From: Pseudomonadota bacterium
Lineage (GTDB): Bacteria > Pseudomonadota > Gammaproteobacteria > Burkholderiales > UBA6910
Length of the DNA: 64,000 nucleotides
Assembly: GCA_049322755.1 (NCBI GenBank)
Contig: JBMOQX010000072.1
Span: 14,662-78,661 of the forward strand
Reading direction: 5' to 3'
Shown piece after piece: positions 55,575 through 63,363 of this stretch (within the stretch, counting starts at the first letter, position 1; every line of letters starts with the position of its first letter). The notes under the pieces were generated by a model. That model had not been told where the DNA came from. It searched no databases and saw nothing but the letters and a program-made list of their open reading frames with translations. Both the position numbers and the translations under genes were made by a program.

Positions 55575-55976
55575 GTGCACAAGCGCAACCGCCAGTTCGT
55601 CGCCGTCGGCCTGGTCTACGGCCTGATCGGAGGGGCGCTGGCGCTCGCGCACCTGCTGGCGCCGGGCGCGATTCCCGGCAACGTGCCCCGGGCCCACGGT
55701 CACCTGATGCTGCTGGGCCTGGTGATGATGACCATCTACGGCGTCGGCCTGCACGTGATCCCGCGCTTCGGCGGCTATCCGCTGCGCTCGGAGCGCATCG
55801 CCAACGCCCAGTTCTGGCTGGCCAACGCCGGCCTGCCGCTGCTGGCAGCGGGTTTCCTGGCGCTGGCGGACTGGCTGGTGGCGCTGGGCGGTGCGCTGAA
55901 CGTCGCCGCGATGGTGCTGTTCGCGTGGAACATGGTGTTCTCGGTGCGGCTGCGCGGGCCGCTGGACGCGCGATGA
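55575..55976 (+). CDS. 4-TM membrane protein, mini-NnrS-like module
   Basis: The GTG at 55575 is 8 nt after the narI stop. The motif AHGHLMLLGLVMMTIYGVGLHVIPRF parallels NnrS WAHGYLMIFGTLPFFIFGFLMTAMPNW at 58338-59627. Confidence 0.6.
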   Translation: MHKRNRQFVAVGLVYGLIGGALALAHLLAPGAIPGNVPRAHGHLMLLGLVMMTIYGVGLHVIPRFGGYPLRSERIANAQFWLANAGLPLLAAGFLALADWLVALGGALNVAAMVLFAWNMVFSVRLRGPLDAR

Positions 55977-56419
55977 GCGAGTACCGCGGCTGCGAGCTGC
56001 CCCCCGATCTCTGGTACGACCTGGACTACTGCTGGGTGCGGCCGGCGGGCGACGGCGTCTACCGCATCGGCATCACCGACCCGTCCCAGACCATGGCCGG
56101 GCGGGTGCAGTATGCCACCATCAAGGACGTCGGCACCCACCGCCGCTGGAAAAAGCCGCTGGCGCGGCTGGAGTCCGGGAAATGGGCGGGCGGGATTCCG
56201 GCGCCGTTCGACGGCACCATCACGGCGCGCAACCCGGCGGTGATGGACAACCCCGGTCTCATCAACGTTGCGCCCTACACCGACGCCTGGCTGGTGGAGA
56301 TGAAGCCCGACGACCCGGCCAGCGCGCTGGAGCATCTCAGCACGGGCGACGAGGCGATCGCAGCGCTGAAGCGCTGGATCGACCGCTACGACGTGCAGTG
56401 CATGCGCTGCATGGACTGA
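55973..56419 (+). CDS. glycine-cleavage H-protein-fold (lipoyl-carrier-like) protein
   Basis: ATGA overlap with the upstream gene. RIGITDPSQTMAGRVQY...LARLESGKWAGGIPAPFDGTI...NPGLINVAPYTDAWLVEM aligns with the GcvH pattern, including the carrier Lys position. C-terminal CMRC. Confidence 0.7.
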   Translation: MSEYRGCELPPDLWYDLDYCWVRPAGDGVYRIGITDPSQTMAGRVQYATIKDVGTHRRWKKPLARLESGKWAGGIPAPFDGTITARNPAVMDNPGLINVAPYTDAWLVEMKPDDPASALEHLSTGDEAIAALKRWIDRYDVQCMRCMD

Positions 56420-56422
56420 TCG

Positions 56423-57214
56423 GTGAAGGATGAACGGGTCATGGTGAAGGGTGAAAAGAGCAGGGCGAGCGGTCCAGGGCAGGGCGCTCGCGCCGCTCCC
56501 GCCCCCAGGCACCACGTTCAACTCCTGGTGTCCGAGTGGTGCCACACCTGCCCCGCCGCCGAGCAGATCTGGCGCCAGGTGGCGCAGGAGCGGGATATCC
56601 GCTTCGCCGTGGTGGACATGGCGCAGTCCGAGGGACGCGAACTGGTGGCGCGGTTGCGGTTGAAGAGCGTGCCGTCGGTGATCGTCGACGGCGCCCTGGC
56701 GGCGGTGGGCGTGCAGTCGCTGACGGAGGCGCGTGCCCTGGTGGCGGATGCGCCGCCGCGCACGAAGGGAGCGGCCTACCACGCGGGCCTCATGCTCTCG
56801 CGCGACAATCGGGCCTTCATCGTCTCGGCCATGGGCTGGCTGGTGGTGGCGGGCGCGCTGATGCTGGCCCACGGGGGCCTGCCGGCGGCGGGCGCGACGC
56901 GGGCGGCGGCGATCCACGCGTTTCTTGCCGGCTTCGTGCTGATGATGATCTTCGGGCTCGCGGCCCACATGGTGCCGCGCTTCACCGGGCTGCCGATCCG
57001 CAGCGGCGGCTGGGCCTGGGGGCAGCTCGCGCTGGCCCATGCCGGCGTGCTCGGCTTCGCCGGCGGGCAGCTGCTCGATGCGCGCGCGCTGGCGCTGGGC
57101 GGCGCTCTGGCGCTGTGGCTCGCGCTGGCGCTGTTCGCCGCGCGGCTGTGGCCGCTGCTGCTGCCGCGCAACGGTGCCGCGGCGGAAGCGCCCAATGGCG
57201 CGGACCCGGAATGA
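56423..57214 (+). CDS. thioredoxin-fold (CxxC) domain fused to a mini-NnrS-like 4-TM module
   Basis: The Trx-like part is LLVSEWCHTCPAAEQIW...LKSVPSVIVDG. The TM region is IHAFLAGFVLMMIFGLAAHMVPRF, homologous to the 55575 gene. Start is the GTG at 56423 or the ATG at 56441. Confidence 0.65.
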   Translation: MKDERVMVKGEKSRASGPGQGARAAPAPRHHVQLLVSEWCHTCPAAEQIWRQVAQERDIRFAVVDMAQSEGRELVARLRLKSVPSVIVDGALAAVGVQSLTEARALVADAPPRTKGAAYHAGLMLSRDNRAFIVSAMGWLVVAGALMLAHGGLPAAGATRAAAIHAFLAGFVLMMIFGLAAHMVPRFTGLPIRSGGWAWGQLALAHAGVLGFAGGQLLDARALALGGALALWLALALFAARLWPLLLPRNGAAAEAPNGADPE

Positions 57215-57681
57215 ACGTCTCCGTCAACGGCGTCACGATCGACGCCGCCGCCATCGAACGCGAAAGCCGTCGGTATGAGGGGGCGCCGGACCCGCTCGCG
57301 GTGGCGGCGGTCTGGCTCGCGGTGCAGGAGCTGCTGTTGCAGCGGGCGCGGGCGCTGGGCATCGCGGGCGAGGGCGACGAGGACACCGTGGAGCGGCTGC
57401 TGGAGCGGGAAGTGCCGGTGCCGGTGGCCACCGACGCCGAATGTCGCCGCTACTACGACGGCCACCCGGAGCGCTTCCGCCACGGCTTCCACGTGATCGA
57501 GGTGCTGCGCCGGGTGGAGGGCGAACTGGCGCCGTTCGAGGAGGTGCGCGATGAAATCGCCGCCCGCCTGCACGACGGCGCGCTGCGCCGCGCGCTGGCG
57601 CAGTACGTGCAGCTGCTGGCGGGCAGCGCCCGGGTGGAGGGGATCGACCTGCTGCGGGCGGATTCGCCGCTGGTGCAGTAA
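57211..57681 (+). CDS. SurA/PpiC-family chaperone-like protein lacking an evident rotamase core (156 aa)
   Basis: ATGA overlap at 57211-57214. The ends resemble nar-linked PpiC/NifM-like proteins (VNGVTIDAAAIERE...; ...FEEVRDEIAARL...). The parvulin domain appears to be missing. Confidence 0.55.
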   Translation: MNVSVNGVTIDAAAIERESRRYEGAPDPLAVAAVWLAVQELLLQRARALGIAGEGDEDTVERLLEREVPVPVATDAECRRYYDGHPERFRHGFHVIEVLRRVEGELAPFEEVRDEIAARLHDGALRRALAQYVQLLAGSARVEGIDLLRADSPLVQ

Positions 57682-57688
57682 CCATGCC

Positions 57689-58357
57689 ATGACGGAGCTC
57701 GACGACGAGATCCTGGCGCGGCTCAAGCGCTTCCACTTCGGCAGCTTCCGCCGCTTCCGGCGCCAGTTCCGCGAGCTGGTGGATCAGGGCCAGCACCCGA
57801 CGACGCTGTTCATCAGCTGCTCGGACTCGCGCATCGTGCCCAACCTGCTGCTGGACTGCGGCCCCGGCGAGCTGTTCGTGGTGCGCAACGCCGGCAACTT
57901 CGTTCCGCCGTGGGACGCCTCCGCGGGCTACCATGGCACCACGGCGTCCATCGAGTTCGCGGTGCTGCAGCTCCAGGTGCGGCACATCGTGCTCTGCGGC
58001 CACAGCCACTGCGGCGCGGTCAAGGCGCTCTATCACGAGCTGCCGGCGCAGGCGCACCATTTGCGGTACTGGCTTACGCTGGGGCGCGACGCCGTGCTGC
58101 CGGTGACTGGCTCCGATGAAGCGTATTTCCGCACCGAGCAGCGCTCGGTGGCGCTGCAGCTCACGCGGCTGCTGGACTACCCGATGGTGCGGGAGCGGGT
58201 CGAGCGCGGCGAGCTGTCCGTGCACGGCTGGCATTACCTGATCGAGGAGGGCAAGGTTCTGATGCTGGATCTGGAGTCGGGGACGTTCGAGCCGTTCGAG
58301 ACGGTAGTGGCGCGTGCCGATCAGGAGCACCTGCGCGATGTCAACCCGCTCATGTGA
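57689..58357 (+). CDS. beta-class carbonic anhydrase
   Basis: SCSDSRIVP, FVVRNAGN and GHSHCGAV zinc-ligand motifs. Confidence 0.88.
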   Translation: MTELDDEILARLKRFHFGSFRRFRRQFRELVDQGQHPTTLFISCSDSRIVPNLLLDCGPGELFVVRNAGNFVPPWDASAGYHGTTASIEFAVLQLQVRHIVLCGHSHCGAVKALYHELPAQAHHLRYWLTLGRDAVLPVTGSDEAYFRTEQRSVALQLTRLLDYPMVRERVERGELSVHGWHYLIEEGKVLMLDLESGTFEPFETVVARADQEHLRDVNPLM

Positions 58358-59627
58358 ACCGGCCGCCCGCGGCGGCGCGCCGCGCCGGCCGCAGCGACGC
58401 AGCGCGGCGGCGGTATGGCGGCAGCTGACCGCGGCGCCCCACCGCATCCTGTTTTTCTGCGGCATGCTGCAGCTGCTGGCGGCGATGGCCTGGTGGCTCG
58501 CCAACCTGCTCGGACGCTACGGCGGGCTCTACACGCCGCCGGTGCTGGCGGCGCCGCCCGGATGGGCCCACGGCTACCTGATGATCTTCGGCACCCTGCC
58601 GTTCTTCATCTTCGGCTTTCTCATGACCGCCATGCCCAACTGGCTGGGTGAAGGCCGCGTGCCGCGCCCGGCCTATCTCGCGTGCGCCGGGCTGATGGCG
58701 GCGGGCGTCGCGGCGTTCTACGCGGCGGTGGCAATTTCGCCCTGGCTGGCGGCGGCCGCCGTGCTGGTGCAGCTCGCCGGCTGGATCGTCGGGTGGGTCG
58801 CGCTGGCGCGGCTGAGCGCGCGCGCGGCGCGGCCCGAGCGGCGCTACCCGGCGATCATGCTGAGCGTGACCGCGGTGGGCGCGGCGCTGCTGGCGGCGTT
58901 CGCCGTCGGCGTTGCCCGCCTGGACCCGGCGTGGGTCGCCGCGGCGCTGCGCGGCGGGCTCTGGTGGTTCCTGCTGCCGGTGTTCTTCAACGTCAGCCAT
59001 CGCATGATTCCGTTTTTCAGCAGCCGCGCGCTTCCCGGCTATCCCGTGATCCGGCCTCCGTGGACAGTGCCGATGTTCACCGCCGGATCGCTGCTGCGGG
59101 GCGTGCTGGAGCTCGCCGGCTCGGCGCCGGCGCTGCTCCTCGTCGCTGACGGCCTGATGCTGCTGCCGGTGGCGTACCTGACGGCGCGCTGGCGCGGCTG
59201 GCGCGCCGGCGGTGTGCGCCTGCTGGCGGTGCTGCACCTGGGCTTTGCGATGCTCGCCGTCGCGCTGGTGCTGTTCCTGGTGCAGGACGTGGCAGCGCTG
59301 CGCGGTCATGCCGTGCTGGGCCATGCGCCGGCCCACGCGCTCACCATCGGTTACTTTTCCGCCATGCTGGTGGCCATGGTGTCGCGGGTGACGCTGGGGC
59401 ACTCGGGGCGGCCGCTCGAGGCGGACGCGGTGATCTGGGGCTGCTTCCTCGCGGTGCTGGCGACCGCCGCGCTGCGCATCGCCGCCGAGCTGCCGGGGGT
59501 GCCGGCGGAAGCGCGCGCGATGCTGATGTGGCTGGCGGCCCTCGCGTGGCTGCTGGCGCTGCTGCCGTGGGTGGTGGCGTACCTGCCGGTTTACCTCGCG
59601 CCGCGGGTCGACGGCCGGCCGGGTTGA
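58338..59627 (+). CDS. nnrS: NnrS-family haem/copper membrane protein
   Basis: PHRILFFCGMLQLLAAMAWW. Multiple TM segments with conserved His (WAHGYLMIFG; HAPAHALTIGYFSAMLVAMVSRVTLGH). An alternative start lies at 58314. Confidence 0.85.
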   Translation: MSTRSCEPAARGGAPRRPQRRSAAAVWRQLTAAPHRILFFCGMLQLLAAMAWWLANLLGRYGGLYTPPVLAAPPGWAHGYLMIFGTLPFFIFGFLMTAMPNWLGEGRVPRPAYLACAGLMAAGVAAFYAAVAISPWLAAAAVLVQLAGWIVGWVALARLSARAARPERRYPAIMLSVTAVGAALLAAFAVGVARLDPAWVAAALRGGLWWFLLPVFFNVSHRMIPFFSSRALPGYPVIRPPWTVPMFTAGSLLRGVLELAGSAPALLLVADGLMLLPVAYLTARWRGWRAGGVRLLAVLHLGFAMLAVALVLFLVQDVAALRGHAVLGHAPAHALTIGYFSAMLVAMVSRVTLGHSGRPLEADAVIWGCFLAVLATAALRIAAELPGVPAEARAMLMWLAALAWLLALLPWVVAYLPVYLAPRVDGRPG

Positions 59628-59673
59628 GCGCTCGGCGCGCGGCGCCGGATCGGGACCAGGGAGACGCAATGCG

Positions 59674-60246
59674 ATGGGATCGGTGAGCCTGGGAAGTCTC
59701 GGAACCAAGACGGCGGCGGCCGGGTTCGACGAGCCGCTGGCGCTGCTGCAGGGCTGCCACGAGCGCATCGCGCAGCGCTGCGACCTGCTGCTGCGGCTGG
59801 CGGATCACGTCGCCACCCACGGGCCCGACGCCGAGGCGGCGCTCGCCGCCACGGGGCTGCTGCGCTATTTCCGCGACGCCGGCGTCAAGCACCACGAGGA
59901 TGAGGAGCAGGACCTGTTCCCGATGCTGCTGGCGGCGGTGCCGGCCGGGGAGCGGGGTGCGGCGGCGGAACTGGTGGACGCGCTGGTGGCCGAGCACCGC
60001 GTGATGGCGGCGGCGTGGGCCGAGCTCGAAGCGCAGCTGGCGCTGCTGGCGCAGAACCGGGCGGCGGCGCTGCCGGCGGAGCAGGCGGCGCGGTTCGCCG
60101 CGCTGTACGCGGAGCATATTGTCCGGGAGGAGGATGCGCTGCTGCCGCTGGCGCGCCGCGTGCTGGACGCGAAAACCCTCGACCGTCTGGGCGCGGCCAT
60201 GGCCGCGCGCCGCGGGGTCAGGCGGGAGCCGGCTCGCGCCCGTTGA
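59674..60246 (+). CDS. hemerythrin (HHE cation-binding) domain protein
   Basis: LLQGCHERI..., HHEDEEQDLFPML, EHRVM and EHIVREEDALLP His/Glu ligand patterns. Confidence 0.8.
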   Translation: MGSVSLGSLGTKTAAAGFDEPLALLQGCHERIAQRCDLLLRLADHVATHGPDAEAALAATGLLRYFRDAGVKHHEDEEQDLFPMLLAAVPAGERGAAAELVDALVAEHRVMAAAWAELEAQLALLAQNRAAALPAEQAARFAALYAEHIVREEDALLPLARRVLDAKTLDRLGAAMAARRGVRREPARAR

Positions 60247-61381
60247 GCAGGTAGTCCAGCAGGTCCTGCACCGGACGGATGGCGGTGCCGAACGGCAGTC
60301 GCTCGGCACCGCGGAAGAACAGTCCCTTCTTCACGTCGCCCTTCATGGCGAACGCGAGCCGCGTGGCGATGCAGAACTGGCCGAACTGCGCCAGGCCGTC
60401 GCGCAGACCGCACAGCGTCAGGCAGTTGGCGCCGGGAACGCAGCGGCGGGAATCGGCCTTGGCGTGGGACTGCAGCGCCTTTTCCCGCTTCAGGTAGTTC
60501 TTCAGCCAGGGTGTCAGCACGCCGCGGGCCGGCAGCCCGGCCACGCTGGTGAAGGTGACGATGTCCTCGGGCCGGGCTTCCAGCAGCACGCGCTTGAAGT
60601 TCTCGTGGGCGTCGCCCTCGGCGGTGACCGCAAAAGGGGTGCCCAGCTGTACGGCGCTGGCGCCCAGGTCGAGCAGGCGGCGCAGGTCGGCGTGGGTGTG
60701 GATGCCGCCCGCGGGAATCAGCGGCACGCGCTCGCGTTCGATGCCCAGGTCGCGCAGCAGCGCCAGCGTGGCTTCCAGCACCGGCGCGAAATCGAAGCGG
60801 GCGGCGCCGATGTCCTCGAACTTGGGGGCGCCCAGATGGCCGCCCGCGTAGCGCGGGTGCTCGACGACGATGGCGTCGGGCAGGACGTTCCTGCGCAGCC
60901 ACTTCTTGAGGACGATGGCGATGCCGCGGGCGTCCGACAGGATCGGGATCAGCGCCACCTGCGGGAAGTCGCGGGTCATCTCCGGCAGGTCCAGCGGCAG
61001 GCCGGCGCCCATGACGATGGCGTGGGCGCCGCTCTCGCATGCCTGGCGCACATAGAGCGGGTGGGCCGCGACCGCCTTCATCACGTTCACCGCCACCGCG
61101 CCGCGTTCGCCGGCGAGCGCCAGCGCGCCGCGCACCTCGCGGTCCAGCGCCACCAGGTTCACGCGGTCGATCAGCGCCTGGTCGCGCGCGCCCGCGCACT
61201 CGGCCATGAGGTCTTCGTGGTGGTGGCGCAGCTCGACGCTGGCCACGGTGCCGAGGGCGCCGAGCGCCGCCACCGACCCCGCCAGCCGGCGGGCAGACAC
61301 CCCGACGCCCATGCCGCCCTGGACGACGGGCAGCAGCGAGCGGCCCCGCAGGGTCCAATGGGGCAGGGAGGTGGTCAACAT
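60218..61381 (-). CDS. nitronate monooxygenase / NAD(P)H-dependent flavin oxidoreductase family (387 aa)
   Basis: LLPVVQGGMGVGVS and IPAGGIHTHADL motifs. The ATG at 61381 is preceded directly by TATAAT. Confidence 0.85.
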   Translation of the reverse strand: MLTTSLPHWTLRGRSLLPVVQGGMGVGVSARRLAGSVAALGALGTVASVELRHHHEDLMAECAGARDQALIDRVNLVALDREVRGALALAGERGAVAVNVMKAVAAHPLYVRQACESGAHAIVMGAGLPLDLPEMTRDFPQVALIPILSDARGIAIVLKKWLRRNVLPDAIVVEHPRYAGGHLGAPKFEDIGAARFDFAPVLEATLALLRDLGIERERVPLIPAGGIHTHADLRRLLDLGASAVQLGTPFAVTAEGDAHENFKRVLLEARPEDIVTFTSVAGLPARGVLTPWLKNYLKREKALQSHAKADSRRCVPGANCLTLCGLRDGLAQFGQFCIATRLAFAMKGDVKKGLFFRGAERLPFGTAIRPVQDLLDYLLNGREPAPA

Positions 61382-61387
61382 TATCAA

Positions 61388-61428
61388 ATTATAACCTCGA
61401 TACCCGCCACAGCCTTGATCTGCATCAA
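61388..61428 (-). promoter_or_regulatory. FNR/Dnr box TTGATgcagATCAA (61415-61428) + 21-nt spacer + -10 TATAAT (61388-61393)
   Basis: The box is the same palindromic 14-mer as at 33026 when read on the plus strand. The -10 ends 6 nt before the ATG. Confidence 0.7.
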
Positions 61429-61446
61429 CCCCCGGGTCCGGCGCAG

Positions 61447-62157
61447 TCACTGGCCGTAGCGGCGCAGCCCTTCGGGGTCGCGGATCGTCACGTCTCGGCC
61501 CCGCACCTCGATCAGTCCGGCGTCGGCTAGCTCGTGCAGAATGCGCGAGAAATGCTCCTGGGTGATGCTCAGGCGCGAGGCGATGTCCCCCTTGCGCGCG
61601 CGCAGCGTGACGACGAAGGGCTCGCGGCGGCCGCGGGCAGGGTGGTCCCGCAGCAGGTAGCCGATCACGCGCTGGGTTCCCGAGCGCAGCGAATAGCTCT
61701 CGACGTCGCGGATCAGCTGGTGCAGCCGGCGACTCAGGCCGGCGATGACGCCCCGGGCGAAGCGCGGCTGGTGCTCGATCATCTCGATCACCACGGCCTT
61801 GGGCACCTGGATCAGCAGACTGTCGGCGACGCACTCGGCGGTGACGACGTAGGGCTTGTCCAGGAACATGACCGCCTCGCCGAAGCTCTGGCCGGCGCCC
61901 ATGATCTCCACCACCTTCTCGCCGCCCGCGGGGTTCACCAGGGCGAGCTTCACCTGGCCGTAGACGACGACGTGGAATCCCTCGCACGGCTCGCCGCGCC
62001 GGAACAGGATCTGGCCCTTGGCTGCCTGCACCGCGTGGCTTGCCGCCGCGAGGCGCGCCAGCTCGTCCGGCGCCAGCGCCTGGAACAGGCCCATCTGCCG
62101 AAGGATGGCGAGGACGTCGGTTGGGGGTGCCATGGGGGCTCCGAATGACGCGGTCAT
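61447..62157 (-). CDS. dnr: CRP/FNR-family regulator, Dnr/NnrR-type (no N-terminal Cys cluster)
   Basis: cNMP-binding-like domain. HTH DIASRLSITQEHFSRILHEL with the FNR-type E--SR recognition motif. An alternative ATG lies at 62133. Confidence 0.88.
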   Translation of the reverse strand: MTASFGAPMAPPTDVLAILRQMGLFQALAPDELARLAAASHAVQAAKGQILFRRGEPCEGFHVVVYGQVKLALVNPAGGEKVVEIMGAGQSFGEAVMFLDKPYVVTAECVADSLLIQVPKAVVIEMIEHQPRFARGVIAGLSRRLHQLIRDVESYSLRSGTQRVIGYLLRDHPARGRREPFVVTLRARKGDIASRLSITQEHFSRILHELADAGLIEVRGRDVTIRDPEGLRRYGQ

Positions 62158-62189
62158 TATCCTCTGCGACGGCGCGGCCGCGCCATCGC

Positions 62190-62906
62190 TCAGGCGCGGC
62201 GGATCTCGAACGACCCGAACAGCCCCGCGAGGCGATCTCCCGGAACGGCGTCGACGGCCCGCGCCGGCGGCAGCCGGCCGTCGGGACCGCGGCCGCGGGC
62301 CTCCTGAACGACGAAACGGGCGACACCCATCGCCACCAGCGTGCGTGCCAGCTCCAGCAGGCCCGCCGGCGGCAGCAGGGCAGGATGCACGGTGGTGCGC
62401 ACTTCGTGGCCGACGCCGCTTGCCAGCACCAGGCGCAGGCTGGCGAGCGCCGCTGCGCCGCTGCCCTCGACGCCGGTGATGGCGGCGTAGGCGTGGAACG
62501 GCGCCTTGACGTCGAAGCCCACCCAATCCACCTGCGGCAGCACGGCCTCGAGCCGCCGCGGATGGACGCCCGCCGTGTGCAGCCCGACGTGAAAGCCCAG
62601 TGCCCGCGCCTGCGCCGCCGCGGCGGCGAGACCCGGCTGCCGGGTCGGCTCGCCGCCGCTGAACACCACCGCGTCCAGGAGCCCGACCCGCCGCCGCAGG
62701 AAACGCACGACGTCGCGCCACTCGACGCCGCCGCCGGCGCGCGGCGGCAGCAGGTGCGGGTTGTGGCAGTAGCCGCAGCGCCACGCGCAGCCCTGGCAGA
62801 ACACCACCGCCGCCAGCTGTCCCGGGTAGTCGGTGAGCGACAGCGGCGTCAGACCGCCGATGCGCAGCGCAGCGCGCTGTCCGGACCGGGAGCGGACCGC
62901 CTCCAC
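62190..62906 (-). CDS. radical-SAM activating enzyme (anaerobic RNR activase NrdG-like family)
   Basis: LSLTDYPGQLAAVVFCQGCAWRCGYCHNPHL (CxxxCxxC), and FSGGEP. The GTG at 62906 is proposed as the start; the ORF stays open to 62984. Confidence 0.72.
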   Translation of the reverse strand: MEAVRSRSGQRAALRIGGLTPLSLTDYPGQLAAVVFCQGCAWRCGYCHNPHLLPPRAGGGVEWRDVVRFLRRRVGLLDAVVFSGGEPTRQPGLAAAAAQARALGFHVGLHTAGVHPRRLEAVLPQVDWVGFDVKAPFHAYAAITGVEGSGAAALASLRLVLASGVGHEVRTTVHPALLPPAGLLELARTLVAMGVARFVVQEARGRGPDGRLPPARAVDAVPGDRLAGLFGSFEIRRA

Positions 62907-62907
62907 G

Positions 62908-63363
62908 TCAGTGCGGCTCCTGCGCGCCGCGCAGCGCCAGCGCCAGCAGCCGCGCCACCGCGGGCGGCGGCCAGTCCACGGCATCCAGCGTGTTCTTGAT
63001 CGTCAGCCCCAGCTCGGTGTCCCCCTCCAGCGTCAGGCGCCGGCTGAAGAACAGCGTGTCCGGGTCCTCGGCGCGTGCCAGCAGCCGCAGGAAATCCCGG
63101 CTGCCGGCGGCGATGGTGAGTTCCGGCGCCGCGGCAGCGGTGCAGGGCCGCGCGCCGCTGCCGGTGAGGGTGAAGTTGACGGTGAGGCCGATGTCGGTGA
63201 CGACGATGCGCAGCCGCCGTCCGCGCAGCGCCGCCAGCGGCTCGGTGGGAATCACGCGCCCCAGCGCCGCGCTCAGGCCCAGCGCGAACACGGCCGACGG
63301 CGGAAACGCCGGCAGACTCGCCACCAGCGCCCGCAGCGGCGCCGGGAACTGCGGTGCAATCAC
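62908..63363 (-). CDS. SCP2 sterol-carrier-like domain protein (UbiT-like)
   Basis: The GTG at 63363 overlaps the upstream stop (GTGA). ...RLRIVVTDIGLTVNFTL...SRDFLRLLARAEDPDTLFFSRRLTLEGDTELGLTIKNTLD is the SCP2 pattern. Confidence 0.7.
   Translation of the reverse strand: MIAPQFPAPLRALVASLPAFPPSAVFALGLSAALGRVIPTEPLAALRGRRLRIVVTDIGLTVNFTLTGSGARPCTAAAAPELTIAAGSRDFLRLLARAEDPDTLFFSRRLTLEGDTELGLTIKNTLDAVDWPPPAVARLLALALRGAQEPH

Noticed and set aside
60218-60246. 29-nt overlap between the convergent 3' ends of the hemerythrin gene and the NMO-family gene.
   Set aside because: Short convergent overlaps are common in compact high-GC genomes. No extra structure or signal was seen.
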